A DNA stretch of 64,000 bases from an uncultured virus (IMG/VR IMGVR_UViG_3300050029_000262). Its lineage: Duplodnaviria; Heunggongvirae; Uroviricota; Caudoviricetes. Position numbers and translations under genes: made by a program. The notes under the pieces were generated by a model. It did no database searches. It had not been told where the DNA came from and was given only the letters and a program-made list of their open reading frames with translations. Location of the stretch: the IMG/VR virus record IMGVR_UViG_3300050029_000262; one strand, 5' to 3'. This document shows, in pieces, positions 1 through 11,100 of this stretch; the first letter of the stretch is position 1; each line of letters starts with the position of its first letter.

Positions 1-1
1 C

Positions 2-260
2 AAAAAAGCACCTTGACCTCGCGACCGGCCCCGGAGACTCCGCTAGCGACTTTGTTTTGAAGGAATGATTTACGGCACCGCCATTACAAAATAGCGATAT
101 AAAGTCCGGCGTCTGTCAAAAACCTTGTGACCTCCTCGGAAAAGGGATACCGGGTTTCACTAGAAATTGTCATTAAGGGGACCTGTTTTTCTTCCGTCCT
201 TCAAAACAAAGTCGCTAGCGGAGTCCGCCGGAGGGGGTCGCAAGGTCAAGGTGCTTTTTT
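2..260. repeat. Imperfect ~63-bp inverted repeat (2-64 / 197-260) in a non-coding, AT-richer region; third copy at 32874-32935
   Basis: Reverse complement of 2-64 matches TCCTTCAAAACAAAGTCGCTAGCGGAGTC...GGTCGCRAGGTCAAGGTGCTTTTTT at 197-260. Confidence 0.9.
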
Positions 261-384
261 CGCCGGAAGGCCTGAGGAACGCGATTCGGTAGACGGCACG
301 GGCCTGTTAGGATTATCAATACAGCCCTAATGTCTGGTCGGAAAGCAAACTCTCATACTCGTCTGTCGGAACTGAGGCCAAGTC

Positions 385-2679
385 ATGCCTACCTGGACCA
401 AGCACACGAACTTCGGGCGCACCACACTCTCGGCAGACATCACCACGGAGATCGCCACCACCGCCGTCCTAACCTCGCTGATGGACTTTCCTGTGGCCTT
501 CCCCTTCTGGCTGACCCTCTGGGACGCCGCCACCTACCCTGACCCCATCAATGATGTGGCCGGACGGGAAGTCGTCCAGGTGACGGCCAACCCCTCCGCC
601 CTGACTTACACCATCGTCCGTGCCCAGTGCGGAACCTCCGCGCACACTCATGCCGCCGGTGCCGCCGTGGCCCTCTGTGTCATGGCCGAGGACCTCCAAG
701 AGTTGCAGGACGCCATTGACGCAGGTGGCGGCGCGCCCCATGCCGTCCTCTCCGCTACGCACACGGACACGCTTGTTGATACGGTCATCCGCGGCGACAT
801 CGTGTATGGCAACGCGACGCCCAAGTGGGCGCGGTTGCCGTTCCCCGGCACGCCTACCGGCAAGGTGTTAGTGGCAACGGCGACGGACGTGGCGTGGAGC
901 GCCGCACCCCTCGGCACGGCGGCCTTCACTCCGGCGACCAACTACGCCGTGGCGGCCAAGGGCGTCACCAACGGCGATAGCCACGACCACAATGGCGGGG
1001 ACGGCGCGCTGATACCGCTGGCCGGAATGGCGAACATGGCTACGGCTTCACTGCTGGGCCGCAAGACGGCCCTGGCGGGCGTGCCGGAAGTGCTGTCCGC
1101 AGCGGACGTCAAGACCCTGCTGGCCGTCGCCGTTGCGGACGTGTCCGGCCTGGGCACCATCGCCACCTACGCCTCCGGGGACTATGCCGTGACGGCGCGC
1201 GGGCTGCCCTCCGGTGGTGCCGCCGGGGAGGCCCTGGTCAAGGTGGACGGCACGGATTACAATGTACATTGGGCGGCGGCAGGCGGGGCCAATCACGCCG
1301 TCCTCTCCGCCACGCACACCGATACCCTGGCGGACACCGTGGTGCGCGGGGACGTACTGGTGGGCAATAACACGCCCAAGTGGGCGCGCCTGCCCTTCCC
1401 GGCGACCCCGACCGGCAAGGTACTGGTGGCGACTGCGACGGACGTGGCGTGGAGCGCCGCGCCCCTTGGCTCCGCCGCGTGGGCGGCCACGGGCGACTTC
1501 GCCGCCGTGGCGCAGACCATGTACATTGGCACAACCGCCGTGCCCATCAACCGGGGCAGCGGCGCGCTGTCTCTGGCTGGCGTCAACATCGACGGCGCGG
1601 CGGGTAGTGCCTCCGTTGCCGCCGTTGCCGACGTTGCAGCCACCGTCAACACGGCCATCCACAACACGGACTCCGGCCCTTATTGGATACCGCTACTGAC
1701 GGCACAAAGTCCTTCGGCCTTACTCTACAACGCTACTAAACTCTACTACATGCCCAACGCTGGCATCTTGCATGTCGGGGCGCGGTACTCCATGTTTGAC
1801 GAGACCACGCCCGCGCATGAACTATCCATGTGCTCCACCTCCTCGACGGCTCTCTCCGCTGACCGCCTCCTCAGTATTGATGTGGTGAATGCCGACCGCA
1901 CACTGAAAATGGGAGCTAATCTGGAGGTGACGGCGACGGCCGCCGTGGGCGGCACCAACACCGGGGACCAGGTGGTGCCCGTCACGGAGGCGGGCGCGGC
2001 GCACAACTTCCTGACCGCCTACAATGCTGGCACCGGCGCCTGGACCAAGGCGGTGCCGGCCCAGGCTGACATCACCGGCCTGACGACCGCCGACAGCCCG
2101 ACCTTTGCGGGCCTGACCATTGACTCGCCGACGCTCTACGTGGACAATGCCAACCATCGCGTGGGCATGGGAACTGTCTCGCCTCTGGTTGCTGTGCACG
2201 TCTATTCGACCTCCACAACGGCGATCATTGCCCAGCGTGATAGCAACCTTACCACGATTGGCATCAGCACCCCGACGCTTGGCGTCGAAAACCAAGACAA
2301 GACGACGAACAACTTTGCGGAGCTCCGGTTCACATCATTGGACAGTGCGGACGCGCGCCGCGTAGGGGCTGCCGTCAAGGCGGTCTTCGCCACCCGCGCC
2401 GCCGGTACACTGGCCGCAGACCTCGTGGGCATGGTGAATAACGAGAGCGCCTCGACGCTGTCGGAGGCGTGGCGGGCCACATCCAAGAAGAGTTTCATTC
2501 TCAATGACTCGGCCATTGCCACTAATGCCACTGATGGTTTTTTGTACATCGCCACCTGCACGGGTACGCCGACCGGAGTGCCGACTGCGGTGACCGGACG
2601 CAGGGCATTGGTGTATGACACTACAAACGACAAGCTGTACATTTACAATGACGGCTGGAAGAGTGCGACGTTTGCGTAG
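385..2679 (+). CDS. Phage tail fibre-like / receptor-binding structural protein
   Basis: 764 aa, Gly/Ala/Thr rich; 59-aa internal duplication; tail-fibre-like segments (PTFAGLTI..., RVGMGTVSP, LVYDTTNDKLYIYNDGWK). Confidence 0.7.
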   Translation: MPTWTKHTNFGRTTLSADITTEIATTAVLTSLMDFPVAFPFWLTLWDAATYPDPINDVAGREVVQVTANPSALTYTIVRAQCGTSAHTHAAGAAVALCVMAEDLQELQDAIDAGGGAPHAVLSATHTDTLVDTVIRGDIVYGNATPKWARLPFPGTPTGKVLVATATDVAWSAAPLGTAAFTPATNYAVAAKGVTNGDSHDHNGGDGALIPLAGMANMATASLLGRKTALAGVPEVLSAADVKTLLAVAVADVSGLGTIATYASGDYAVTARGLPSGGAAGEALVKVDGTDYNVHWAAAGGANHAVLSATHTDTLADTVVRGDVLVGNNTPKWARLPFPATPTGKVLVATATDVAWSAAPLGSAAWAATGDFAAVAQTMYIGTTAVPINRGSGALSLAGVNIDGAAGSASVAAVADVAATVNTAIHNTDSGPYWIPLLTAQSPSALLYNATKLYYMPNAGILHVGARYSMFDETTPAHELSMCSTSSTALSADRLLSIDVVNADRTLKMGANLEVTATAAVGGTNTGDQVVPVTEAGAAHNFLTAYNAGTGAWTKAVPAQADITGLTTADSPTFAGLTIDSPTLYVDNANHRVGMGTVSPLVAVHVYSTSTTAIIAQRDSNLTTIGISTPTLGVENQDKTTNNFAELRFTSLDSADARRVGAAVKAVFATRAAGTLAADLVGMVNNESASTLSEAWRATSKKSFILNDSAIATNATDGFLYIATCTGTPTGVPTAVTGRRALVYDTTNDKLYIYNDGWKSATFA
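739..1470 (+). repeat. Intragenic 177-bp duplication (739-915, 1294-1470) in the tail fibre gene
   Basis: HAVLSATHTDTLxDTVxRGD...TPKWARLPFPxTPTGKVLVATATDVAWSAAPLG occurs twice. Confidence 0.9.
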
Positions 2680-2704
2680 TCGCGCCAGCGGCAACCCGCC
2701 GTCG

Positions 2705-2733
2705 TGGCAACGCAGCCCGGTTTGCGCTATACT
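2705..2733 (+). promoter_or_regulatory. Putative sigma70-type promoter
   Basis: TGGCAA-N17-TATACT in the intergenic gap upstream of 2788. Confidence 0.45.
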
Positions 2734-2787
2734 AAGGTTTGACCCGCCTCAGGAAACAGAAAACGGGAAACGGGAGAGTGGACAATC

Positions 2788-3042
2788 ATGCGTAAGGCAG
2801 ATGCTCTGAAGCAGACACCCGCCGAGGAAACGATACATCTGGCGGACGGCCCCATGGACGTGACCATGGAGCATTACCGGCAGGTGATGCAGCAGAAGGC
2901 GCAGGAGCGCGTGCAAGCGTGCCTGGACCAAATCAACCGCGTGCTGGCGCAACACGGCTGCGCGCTGTCCGCCGAACCCGTCCTGACGCCGGACGGGCGG
3001 CTGTTGGCGCGGCCCCTTGTTGCCCTCAAGCCGGAAGAGTAA
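2788..3042 (+). CDS. Small hypothetical protein (possibly tail-fibre associated)
   Basis: RBS-like GGAGAG upstream; directly follows the fibre gene. Confidence 0.6.
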   Translation: MRKADALKQTPAEETIHLADGPMDVTMEHYRQVMQQKAQERVQACLDQINRVLAQHGCALSAEPVLTPDGRLLARPLVALKPEE

Positions 3043-3063
3043 CAGGGAAAGGCGGCGAGGCGT

Positions 3064-4473
3064 ATGTCTCTAGGCACCAGACCGCCGGGCACGGGAGCCT
3101 TCGGGAGCATCGGCGCGGGCGCAAATGACGCGCACAGGCCATTGAGATTACAGTTGTGCACCGTCGTTGACGTGTCCGTGCCCTATGTTTCGCAAAAGCC
3201 CGACCCGGCATCACCCGAGGAAACCCCTACGGTCTTCGGCTTAGACACCGTAGCGGGCTGGGGTCATACTCACCAGGGAGTGTATTTCTTTCTGCAAGCG
3301 GTGCCGTCCGGGTTCCCTGATGTTTGGACGAGCCTCGGACTTTACTTGAAGGATGTAACTTGCGAATCAGATCCAGGTCTTTTCGTGCAGGCATATGACG
3401 ACGGCGGCGCTATCAATACAACGCTGCGCATCAAAGTCGTCAAAGATGGCGGGGCCGCGCATCTGGAGGCTTACGTCGGAGGCTCATTGGTCTACCAAAC
3501 GGCGCCGGTCACCCTCGACGGAGACACCGATGAGTTTACGATGTCCCTCAAGTTATTTCCGGCGACCGCCTTGGACGGCGTGACGCCTCTGAGCAAGTTC
3601 GGGCCGGTGACGGCAACAGTCTGGGACATGGTGAACACTTACCCCAAGAGCACCGTTATCGTCGGCGTTGACGTGTCCGTCCCGACTGACTGGCTGAAAG
3701 TTCGCTTGTGGAGCAATCCCGGCGACGGAAGACTGTTAGGGCAGGGAAAGTGGCAATCGGAATTAGATTTAGTCCATTCCGGAGGGCTGCTTCCGGGGAC
3801 GGTAGTAGACAATGCCGGTTATCTACACGGCCTCGGGCGAGCCCTCTGGGTACACCTGATGGGTTACGTGAAACTCGTCGGAGATGTAGTCGCCGCCTTC
3901 GGCGACTACTCAGGAAGCCACCACGTCTACTACGCCTATCACTATCCCTACTTCAATCATCCTGATGAAATCAGGTTCCGCCTCTACGCCGCTGACCTGT
4001 CCACCTACGTCGAGACGGTGGTGGTTTCGGCGGCACCAGAGGCCGCCAGTCTCAACGCCTTCCAGTCAACGGGGCAAGCCGTCCACTTGTTCTATCTATC
4101 CTTCGGGGCATTACTCCACGCGCAAAGCGAGGACGGGGAAAGGACCTTCAACGTGACCTCTACAGGTCTATCCGGCTATTCAGAAGCAGACGTAATAGAG
4201 TTGCCCGTTGACAGTCGCGTGCTGGCCATGCTCCACGACGGCATCGAAGGCCACCACTGGTTCCAATCCATCGGCCTCTGGAATCCGGCGACGAATGACT
4301 ACGACTCATGGACGACGCCCAACGATACCGGCTTGGTCGGCAACGGGACGCGCGGCGCGTTGGAACGGCACTTTGACGGCTTGTTGGTCTTCACCTACTC
4401 CGACACCGGTCCCAGAGTGCGAGTGGTGCGGTGCGAGAACTTCAAGATCGACGGCACCGGCACCTGGGCATAG
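3064..4473 (+). CDS. Hypothetical virion structural protein
   Basis: 469 aa, beta-rich composition, in the tail gene block. Confidence 0.55.
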   Translation: MSLGTRPPGTGAFGSIGAGANDAHRPLRLQLCTVVDVSVPYVSQKPDPASPEETPTVFGLDTVAGWGHTHQGVYFFLQAVPSGFPDVWTSLGLYLKDVTCESDPGLFVQAYDDGGAINTTLRIKVVKDGGAAHLEAYVGGSLVYQTAPVTLDGDTDEFTMSLKLFPATALDGVTPLSKFGPVTATVWDMVNTYPKSTVIVGVDVSVPTDWLKVRLWSNPGDGRLLGQGKWQSELDLVHSGGLLPGTVVDNAGYLHGLGRALWVHLMGYVKLVGDVVAAFGDYSGSHHVYYAYHYPYFNHPDEIRFRLYAADLSTYVETVVVSAAPEAASLNAFQSTGQAVHLFYLSFGALLHAQSEDGERTFNVTSTGLSGYSEADVIELPVDSRVLAMLHDGIEGHHWFQSIGLWNPATNDYDSWTTPNDTGLVGNGTRGALERHFDGLLVFTYSDTGPRVRVVRCENFKIDGTGTWA

Positions 4474-4502
4474 CACCCGGCCCGGCGAGGTAACCAAACA
4501 TC

Positions 4503-4904
4503 ATGGCAGACCTGATCTACGACAAGGCCCTGGAGGCCTTCCTGACCGGCGCCCTTGACCCCCTCACCGGCAACGTCAAGGCCGCCCTCATCAATACCTC
4601 ACACTACACTGTGGACGGCGCCGCCCACCAGTTCCTGACGGCCCTGACGGCGGACGCCCTGGCCGTGGTGGCGACCTCGCCGAACCTCACCTCCAAGACC
4701 TACGCGGGAGGCGTCTTTGATGCGGCGGATACCCTCGTGCCCGCCGTGACCGGCGCGGCCTGCCAGGCCCTCGTCCTCTACGTGGACACCGGCACGCCCG
4801 CGACCTCCCGCCTGCTGTGCTACCTGGAGCCGGCCGCGCCTCTGACGCCGGACGGCAGCGACATTCTGCTGCGCTGGCCCGCCCTCGGCATCTTCGCCCT
4901 CTGA
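4503..4904 (+). CDS. Phage tail-associated structural protein
   Basis: MADLIYDKALEAFLTG...VKAALI...VFDAADT...LLCYL pattern resembles small phage tail proteins; GAGGT RBS. Confidence 0.6.
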   Translation: MADLIYDKALEAFLTGALDPLTGNVKAALINTSHYTVDGAAHQFLTALTADALAVVATSPNLTSKTYAGGVFDAADTLVPAVTGAACQALVLYVDTGTPATSRLLCYLEPAAPLTPDGSDILLRWPALGIFAL

Positions 4905-4920
4905 CCCGGAGCCAACGGCC

Positions 4921-7197
4921 ATGCCCACCAACTGGGACTTCAACAACCGGGCCGGAGGCGCAGGCGCCTACAAGCCTTCGTGGGCACCCGCCAAGCGGCC
5001 CCTCTATCCGATGGCCGACCTGCGCCTCTACGACCGCGGCGCGGAGGGCTACTGCACGGACACTGGGGACGCCATCTATGACATCATCGGGGAGGGCTAC
5101 GCCAGCGCCGACTTCTCGCAGACCCTCCATGACGGTCATCTTCTCAATGACCTCTTCTATGTGGAGGACATTGGCGCGCTCATCTGCCAGCCGCGCCGCG
5201 TGCCGGTCAACATGGCACTCGACCAGTTTGACTTCTCCGGCATGTGGCTGGACCGCACCGACACGGAGCGTTCCGACTTTGACTGGTTCGTGACGCCCCT
5301 GCCTTCCTACCCCGCCACTGACTTCCTGCGTCTGGACTTGGGCGCCGACTACTACAATGCCATCGCCGCCACCAAGTGGGCCTACCCGGATGAGGCCCCC
5401 ATCTCCTTTGACCTCATCGTGGAGCCCGCCACGCGCTCCTCCGACCCCTTCGACTTGCAGATGCGGCCCTTTACCGCCATCTTCTTCGGCGGCAACCGCT
5501 TCTGTCTGACGATGGAGGCGGGCGGCAACTGCTGGGCGCTGCGCTGGGATGGCACGCAGTACGTCCGCCTCGGCACCCTCAACCCGCAGTCGCAGACCCT
5601 CAGTGACCTCGACAATGGCAGCGTCAACGTCATCTCCTTCCTCATCCTGAGTTTCCGGGGCAACGTCTACCTGTCCGTTGATGCGGGCACCAAGTTCGTC
5701 CAACTGGACAATCAGCCGCTGCCGGGCGGGCCCCTGACCGTGCAGTGGTATCAGATGTCCGGCGGCCTGGCCATCAATTCGCTGGAGATGACCAGCGGCA
5801 CCTACCAGCCGGAGAACCTGCCCCTGTTCGAGGACCGTTCCGCGCAGTCGCCAGCCAAGGTGCTGACGGAGGGCTTCCACTACAATGCCCCAGCGGGCCT
5901 GGGCAACACCGGCCTGACACCCTACCTGGACCTGACGCAGATCCCGACCTGGCCGGGCAACGGTGACAAGTTTGCCTACTACGCAACCCTGGCCCCGCTG
6001 ATAGTGGCGGCGGAGGCGGGCACGCCCTGGCCCTACTGGTACTTCAGCCCGGCCCTGATGGCAGCGGAGTTTCGCTACGCGGCGGCAGTGGCCGACCCGA
6101 CCCCGGACGCCTACGTCCATCTGACCGACTACGGCGTGTTGGGTCTGACCGTGGAGTTGCCGGACGGGCACGACTCGGCCACTGCCTCCGTCAACCTGAT
6201 GCTCGACCCGCGCCTCATCTTCACCGGCGAGTACCGGCGCCGGTACATTGAAATTGACCTGGGCCTGTGCTACGTGGACGGCACCTGGGAGTTGTGGCCG
6301 GCCGTGGCGGGCTACATCGTATCCGCCCGCACGCGCGGGGAACCTGACTGGCGCAGCGGGCACAGCTTGGTCTTCAACATCGTGGACGGCTCCCTGGCCG
6401 GGCGGGGCGGCAGTGGCGGCAGCACCATTGACGAAAGTTGGCCGCCCCTGGACGGCTGGACGCCCAACACCGCCCTGTCCTTCGCCGCGGCGAAGATTGG
6501 CGTCCACGCCAGCCGCTGTAGCTGGCACTCCGACCTGCTGCCCGGCGGTGACCAAATCTACCTGTCGCGCGGCCCCGGCGAGAACCCCATCTGGTGGCGT
6601 ACCGGGGAGTTGCCTCTGGACATGACTGTCTGGGACGCCATGACCCTGATTGCGGACTTCGCCGGCCTGGAACTGTTCGTCGCCCCGGACGGCACCTGGA
6701 CCACGCGGCTCCGCGGCGACTACTTCGACCTGATTGACTTCGACGCGGCGGGCTGCTACCCGTACACCGCCAAGACCATCGAGTACGAGGCGGCGGCCCT
6801 GGACAGCGGCACGGCCAGCATTGCCTCCGGGGAGGACGCGAACGGCCGGTACGTGGCGGGCTGGCTCATCAACTTTGACAAGGAGCGCGCGCCGGGTACG
6901 GACCTGTTCAACGGCCGCCGTGCCTGGCAGCGCAACGCCGGGCGGCGCTTCGCCACCGCCGGGGACGCCATCGCCGCCGCCTCTACCGCCTTTGACAAGC
7001 AGCAGGAGGACCAGTACAACCTGATGTGGGATACACCCCTCATGCCGATAGTTCTGCGGGGCGACCGGGTACTCATCAAGAATGCCCAGGGGGACGGCGT
7101 GAACCCCAACGCGCAACACCAGGTGGAGAGTCTGCACCACACCGTGCAGCCCCGGCTGGAGGGGACGGGCACGGAGTTCAAGGCGAGGCGCGTCTGA
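4921..7197 (+). CDS. Minor tail / baseplate hub-like protein
   Basis: 758 aa; C-terminal hub-like pattern (WDAMTLIADFAGLELFVAPDG ... LRGDRVLI ... VESLHH). Confidence 0.55.
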   Translation: MPTNWDFNNRAGGAGAYKPSWAPAKRPLYPMADLRLYDRGAEGYCTDTGDAIYDIIGEGYASADFSQTLHDGHLLNDLFYVEDIGALICQPRRVPVNMALDQFDFSGMWLDRTDTERSDFDWFVTPLPSYPATDFLRLDLGADYYNAIAATKWAYPDEAPISFDLIVEPATRSSDPFDLQMRPFTAIFFGGNRFCLTMEAGGNCWALRWDGTQYVRLGTLNPQSQTLSDLDNGSVNVISFLILSFRGNVYLSVDAGTKFVQLDNQPLPGGPLTVQWYQMSGGLAINSLEMTSGTYQPENLPLFEDRSAQSPAKVLTEGFHYNAPAGLGNTGLTPYLDLTQIPTWPGNGDKFAYYATLAPLIVAAEAGTPWPYWYFSPALMAAEFRYAAAVADPTPDAYVHLTDYGVLGLTVELPDGHDSATASVNLMLDPRLIFTGEYRRRYIEIDLGLCYVDGTWELWPAVAGYIVSARTRGEPDWRSGHSLVFNIVDGSLAGRGGSGGSTIDESWPPLDGWTPNTALSFAAAKIGVHASRCSWHSDLLPGGDQIYLSRGPGENPIWWRTGELPLDMTVWDAMTLIADFAGLELFVAPDGTWTTRLRGDYFDLIDFDAAGCYPYTAKTIEYEAAALDSGTASIASGEDANGRYVAGWLINFDKERAPGTDLFNGRRAWQRNAGRRFATAGDAIAAASTAFDKQQEDQYNLMWDTPLMPIVLRGDRVLIKNAQGDGVNPNAQHQVESLHHTVQPRLEGTGTEFKARRV

Positions 7198-7394
7198 TGT
7201 CACTACAAGGGAAGTTCACCAACATCTACCGGGACCTGGCCCGCACCGCCGACCGCAACGCCCGGATGCGGGACGCCAACCAGGAGGCCCGCCAGCAGGC
7301 CGGCGCCACTGCTACGCCGGGCACCTTCGTCGGCAGCGTCAAACGGCATGGCCTGTGGGGCATCACGGCCTGGGATGACTTCTACTGGAGGTAA
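7197..7394 (+). CDS. Small hypothetical tail-region protein
   Basis: ATG overlaps the upstream TGA (TGATG) and its stop overlaps the next ATG (TAATG). Confidence 0.6.
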   Translation: MSLQGKFTNIYRDLARTADRNARMRDANQEARQQAGATATPGTFVGSVKRHGLWGITAWDDFYWR

Positions 7395-8119
7395 TGGAGA
7401 ACATGGCCCGCACACCCAACGCCAAACTCATCACGGACATCGACGGCACGCCCATGGCGCGTGCCGACTGGAACAAGCTGGTAGACGGCCTCGACTTGCA
7501 GACCTACGGCCTGGGAATAACCCTGGGCAGTGGCCTGGTCAGCGGCGGCATTATCCTGATTACCGGGAAGGTCTCTGCCGCCGTCGCCTTGGTGGATGGG
7601 TTCCGCGGCGCAACTTCCTCCGACCAGGACATCGCGGGGCTGGTCAACGGCCTGACGAACAACATCTGGTGCGTGCGCGTAGACCCGGCGGGCGATGACC
7701 CGCTGCTGGCGGACACCTTCCACGCCGGGGTGCTGGCCTTCATTGCCTCCGCCACGCCTCCGCCACACTCATTCTTTCTGGGCACGCTGGCCGTGGACGG
7801 CTACGGCGCAGGCACGTTGGCCGTCAATGACTTCCCGACCCGCCCCACCGTCCTACCCGGCGCGGTCGTTACCTGGCAGTGGTCGGTGAACGTGACCGGC
7901 CTGACGACCGGCACCGAGAGTTGGCATGATGTGGACCACGTAGCGGTTGTGACCTTCCGCGCGGTGTCATTGTTGGAGGTGGTTAGCGTCACGGCCGGTT
8001 TCACGGTCACGCGGCTGGAGAATTGCCAACCGTCACAGTTTGGTTTCCTGTGCCATGACGTGTCCGCCGGTGCCGTCACCTGCACCATCGTCTTCCGCCG
8101 GACGGGCGTGGTGGCATGA
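7394..8119 (+). CDS. Baseplate/tail structural protein (hypothetical)
   Basis: Translationally coupled; beta-rich, 241 aa. Confidence 0.5.
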   Translation: MENMARTPNAKLITDIDGTPMARADWNKLVDGLDLQTYGLGITLGSGLVSGGIILITGKVSAAVALVDGFRGATSSDQDIAGLVNGLTNNIWCVRVDPAGDDPLLADTFHAGVLAFIASATPPPHSFFLGTLAVDGYGAGTLAVNDFPTRPTVLPGAVVTWQWSVNVTGLTTGTESWHDVDHVAVVTFRAVSLLEVVSVTAGFTVTRLENCQPSQFGFLCHDVSAGAVTCTIVFRRTGVVA

Positions 8120-11100
8120 GTGAGCCAACAGCCCCGGTAGGTATCATAGTCCGCAGCGGCAAGGTCCAGATGGTGACTACGCCTGCCTACGTCACGCGCG
8201 CTGCCGTCAGTAGTATCACCACGTCAACCCGGCTCTGCTTCCTGACGCCCCGGCCCGGCCCTCCCCCGCAGGTCACCCGCTTGCCCGGCCCCGCCCTGCC
8301 GCCGCCTGCCGCCAGCTTCATCATCCCCGTCTACAATGGCGAGGCCTTCCTGGCGGAGGCCATCGCCAGTTGCTTCTCCCAGACCGTCCCAGACGTGGAA
8401 GTGGTGGCCGTGGATGATGGCAGCACGGACGGTTCCGCTGCCCTGCTGCTCAAGTTGCAGGCACAGTACGGCCCGCGCCTGGTCGTGGTGCAGCAGGCCA
8501 ACCGGGGCGTATCCGCGGCTCGCAATACCGGCATACGGGCGTCGACCGGCCCCGTGGTGCTGTACCTCGACTGTGATGACCTGGCTCCGCCGGAGCGCGT
8601 GGCCTTGTCATTGTCTCTACTGGAGACAGGTGCTGACATTATCTACGGTCAGGAAGAGGAGTTCATCGAGGGGCAGGACGGCCCGCGGAAACGCACCGCC
8701 GGTATCCGGCAGATCGACCGCGGCAACGCCGTCCAGGGTTGCGGGTTCCGCACCGGCACGGTGGCCGCCCGGCGCAGTCTGCACCTGGAGCGCGGCGTCT
8801 GGCTGGACGAGACGATGGCCGGGGCGGAGGACTACGAACTGTCCCTGGCGGCGCTGGCCTCCGGGGCAACCTTGAAATGCAGCCCAGACGTGCTACTATG
8901 GAGGCGCAACCGCCCGGACAGTCTGCGCGCCCGTTGTGACTGGGGGCCGCTGCGCAACTACGCCGTGCTGAAACACGCAGACTTCCTCGCCCGCTACACG
9001 TCGGCCCCGGTGCCCGTGTCGGCGGAGCAGGCAGAGGAAGTGCGGCGATTGCGGACGGCGGCGGCAACAATGAAACCGGAGGCAGTTGAAACTGTCATGC
9101 CCCAGACCACGCCAGCGGAGTTCATCATCGGCACGGCAGAGCAGATCGCGGACCGGCTCCAAACCAGTCTCGCCGCGGACCTGGTGCTGGTGACGCCGGC
9201 GGCGGCAACGGACGCCTGGCCCAACGACCGGACGGACTTCGCCCGCCTCCTCTCCTGCCTGGCCGACCCCTCCGTTGGCGCCGCGGCGCCCCTCTTTCGC
9301 GAGAGCGTCAATTCTGACCAAAAAGCCAGTGTTAGGGCAGAGGGGTATCTGCGTACCCGGCAGCCGTTAGCGGGCTGCCTCGCGCTACGGCGGTGGGTGT
9401 TAGAGGCAGTGGGCGGCTTTGATGAGACCTGGGGGGAGGCGTGGCCCCTGTTTCTGTGCGAGGCGCTGCTGCGGCACCACTACCGCCTGCTGATCGACCG
9501 GGGCCTGCTCATCGAGGGCAAGGCAACCGTGCCCAAGCGCGCCGTCGCGGCCTTCCAAAAGTCTACCGGCTGCAAGTTGGCCGACCTGCCCGCCTGCTAC
9601 CCCGACCCGCTGTTCACGGCGGTAGTCACCGTGCCGGATGGTTCCCCGGAGGCCTACACCAAGCGCACCCTGGAGGCGTTGCTGGCGGCGGCTCCGGCGG
9701 AGGACCTGGAGGTAGTGCTGGTTGGCGCAACCGGCTTTCCGGTCAGCGGCGAGCGCGTCATTCCGGTACTTGCTCCGGCCCTGGCCTGCGACGGCTACAA
9801 CAGGGGTGTGCGCCGCGGCCTCGGCAAGTATGTGCTGTTGCTCAAGTCAGGTGACACACTGGACGCGGCCTACCTGGCAGCCGTCATGCGCCAGTTGGAG
9901 ACGGCGGAGGTGGCCGTCCACGCGGTGACGGGCGCCGGGCGGCACTATGGCCAGCACCTCGCGGGCGTGGCAACCCGGCGGAGCGTGTTCATGCGGCACG
10001 GTCTCTGGCTGACGGACGGACGAGACGAGGGCGAACTGGGGGAGCAGTTGACGGTGGCGGCCCGGCGGGCAGGTCTGTCCGTGGTAGTGTCGGAGCACGG
10101 CCCCGCCGTCCAGACCGGGCGGCGCATCATCCTACGCGGCTTTCCCAAGACGGCCACAGTGCGCTGGGACAAGACCCCGCTGGTCTTCATTTCGACGTGC
10201 AGCCTGACCGTCACGGGCGGCGGGCAGCGCCCGGCACAGATGGCCCGCGCGGCGGCGGCGGACGGCCACCCCGTCATCTTCTTCAACGACAATCACCAGC
10301 TTGAATGGGCCGCCGACAACCTGCTGGCCTGCAACCAGGAGGCCCTGCTGCTGCTGGCCGAGGACCTGCGCGACCGCGCGGGCACGGCCATCTACGGCCT
10401 GCCGGACTTGGCCGCCTGGGTACACCCCTTCGGTGACCGCTGGCGCGGCGTGTTTGACTTCTGCGACGACTGGGAGGAGTTTGCCAAGGTGGGGCACCTA
10501 CCCGCCTTCGACCTCAACCAGTACCGGCAGGTGTTGTTGGAGGCGCCGCTGGTCGTCTGCTCCGCGCAACGCCTGGTGGACATTGCGGAGGCGCACGGCT
10601 CGAAGAACGCGATCCTGGTAAGGAACGGCGGCCCGGATCGCCCGCTGACCGTGGAGCAATACCCGCGCCCGGAGGACTTTCTGGACGGTGACCTCAAGGT
10701 CTGCTTCATCGGCAGCACTTGGGGCAAGTGGCTGGACTGGTCGGCCTTGGGCAGATTGGCGAAGGACCTCCAACGCCGGGGCGGTGTCATCAACATCATC
10801 GGCGGCAACTATAGCGGGCAGATGCCGACCTATGCGAACGTGCGCTGGCACGGGGAACTGTCCTATCACCGGGCTATGGCCTTCGCCGTCCACAGTGACG
10901 TAGGCATCGTGCCTTTCTGCAATGAGAAGATTTGCGCCAGTGTTGACCCGGTGAAATACTATGACTACGTGGCGGCGGGGTGCCGCGTGGTCGCCACCGA
11001 GGTCCTGACGGAGATGAAAGGCCGAGACTATTGCCGGCTGGCCCCGGCGGAGGAGTTGGCGGCGGCCGTAGTGCGGAGTGCGGAGGAGCCCCGGCTGACG

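Noticed and set aside
4687..7203. 838-aa minus-strand ORF (likewise 53502-55046, 26510-27559 and others)
   Set aside because: Antisense shadows of high-GC, codon-biased + strand genes; no motifs and no RBS
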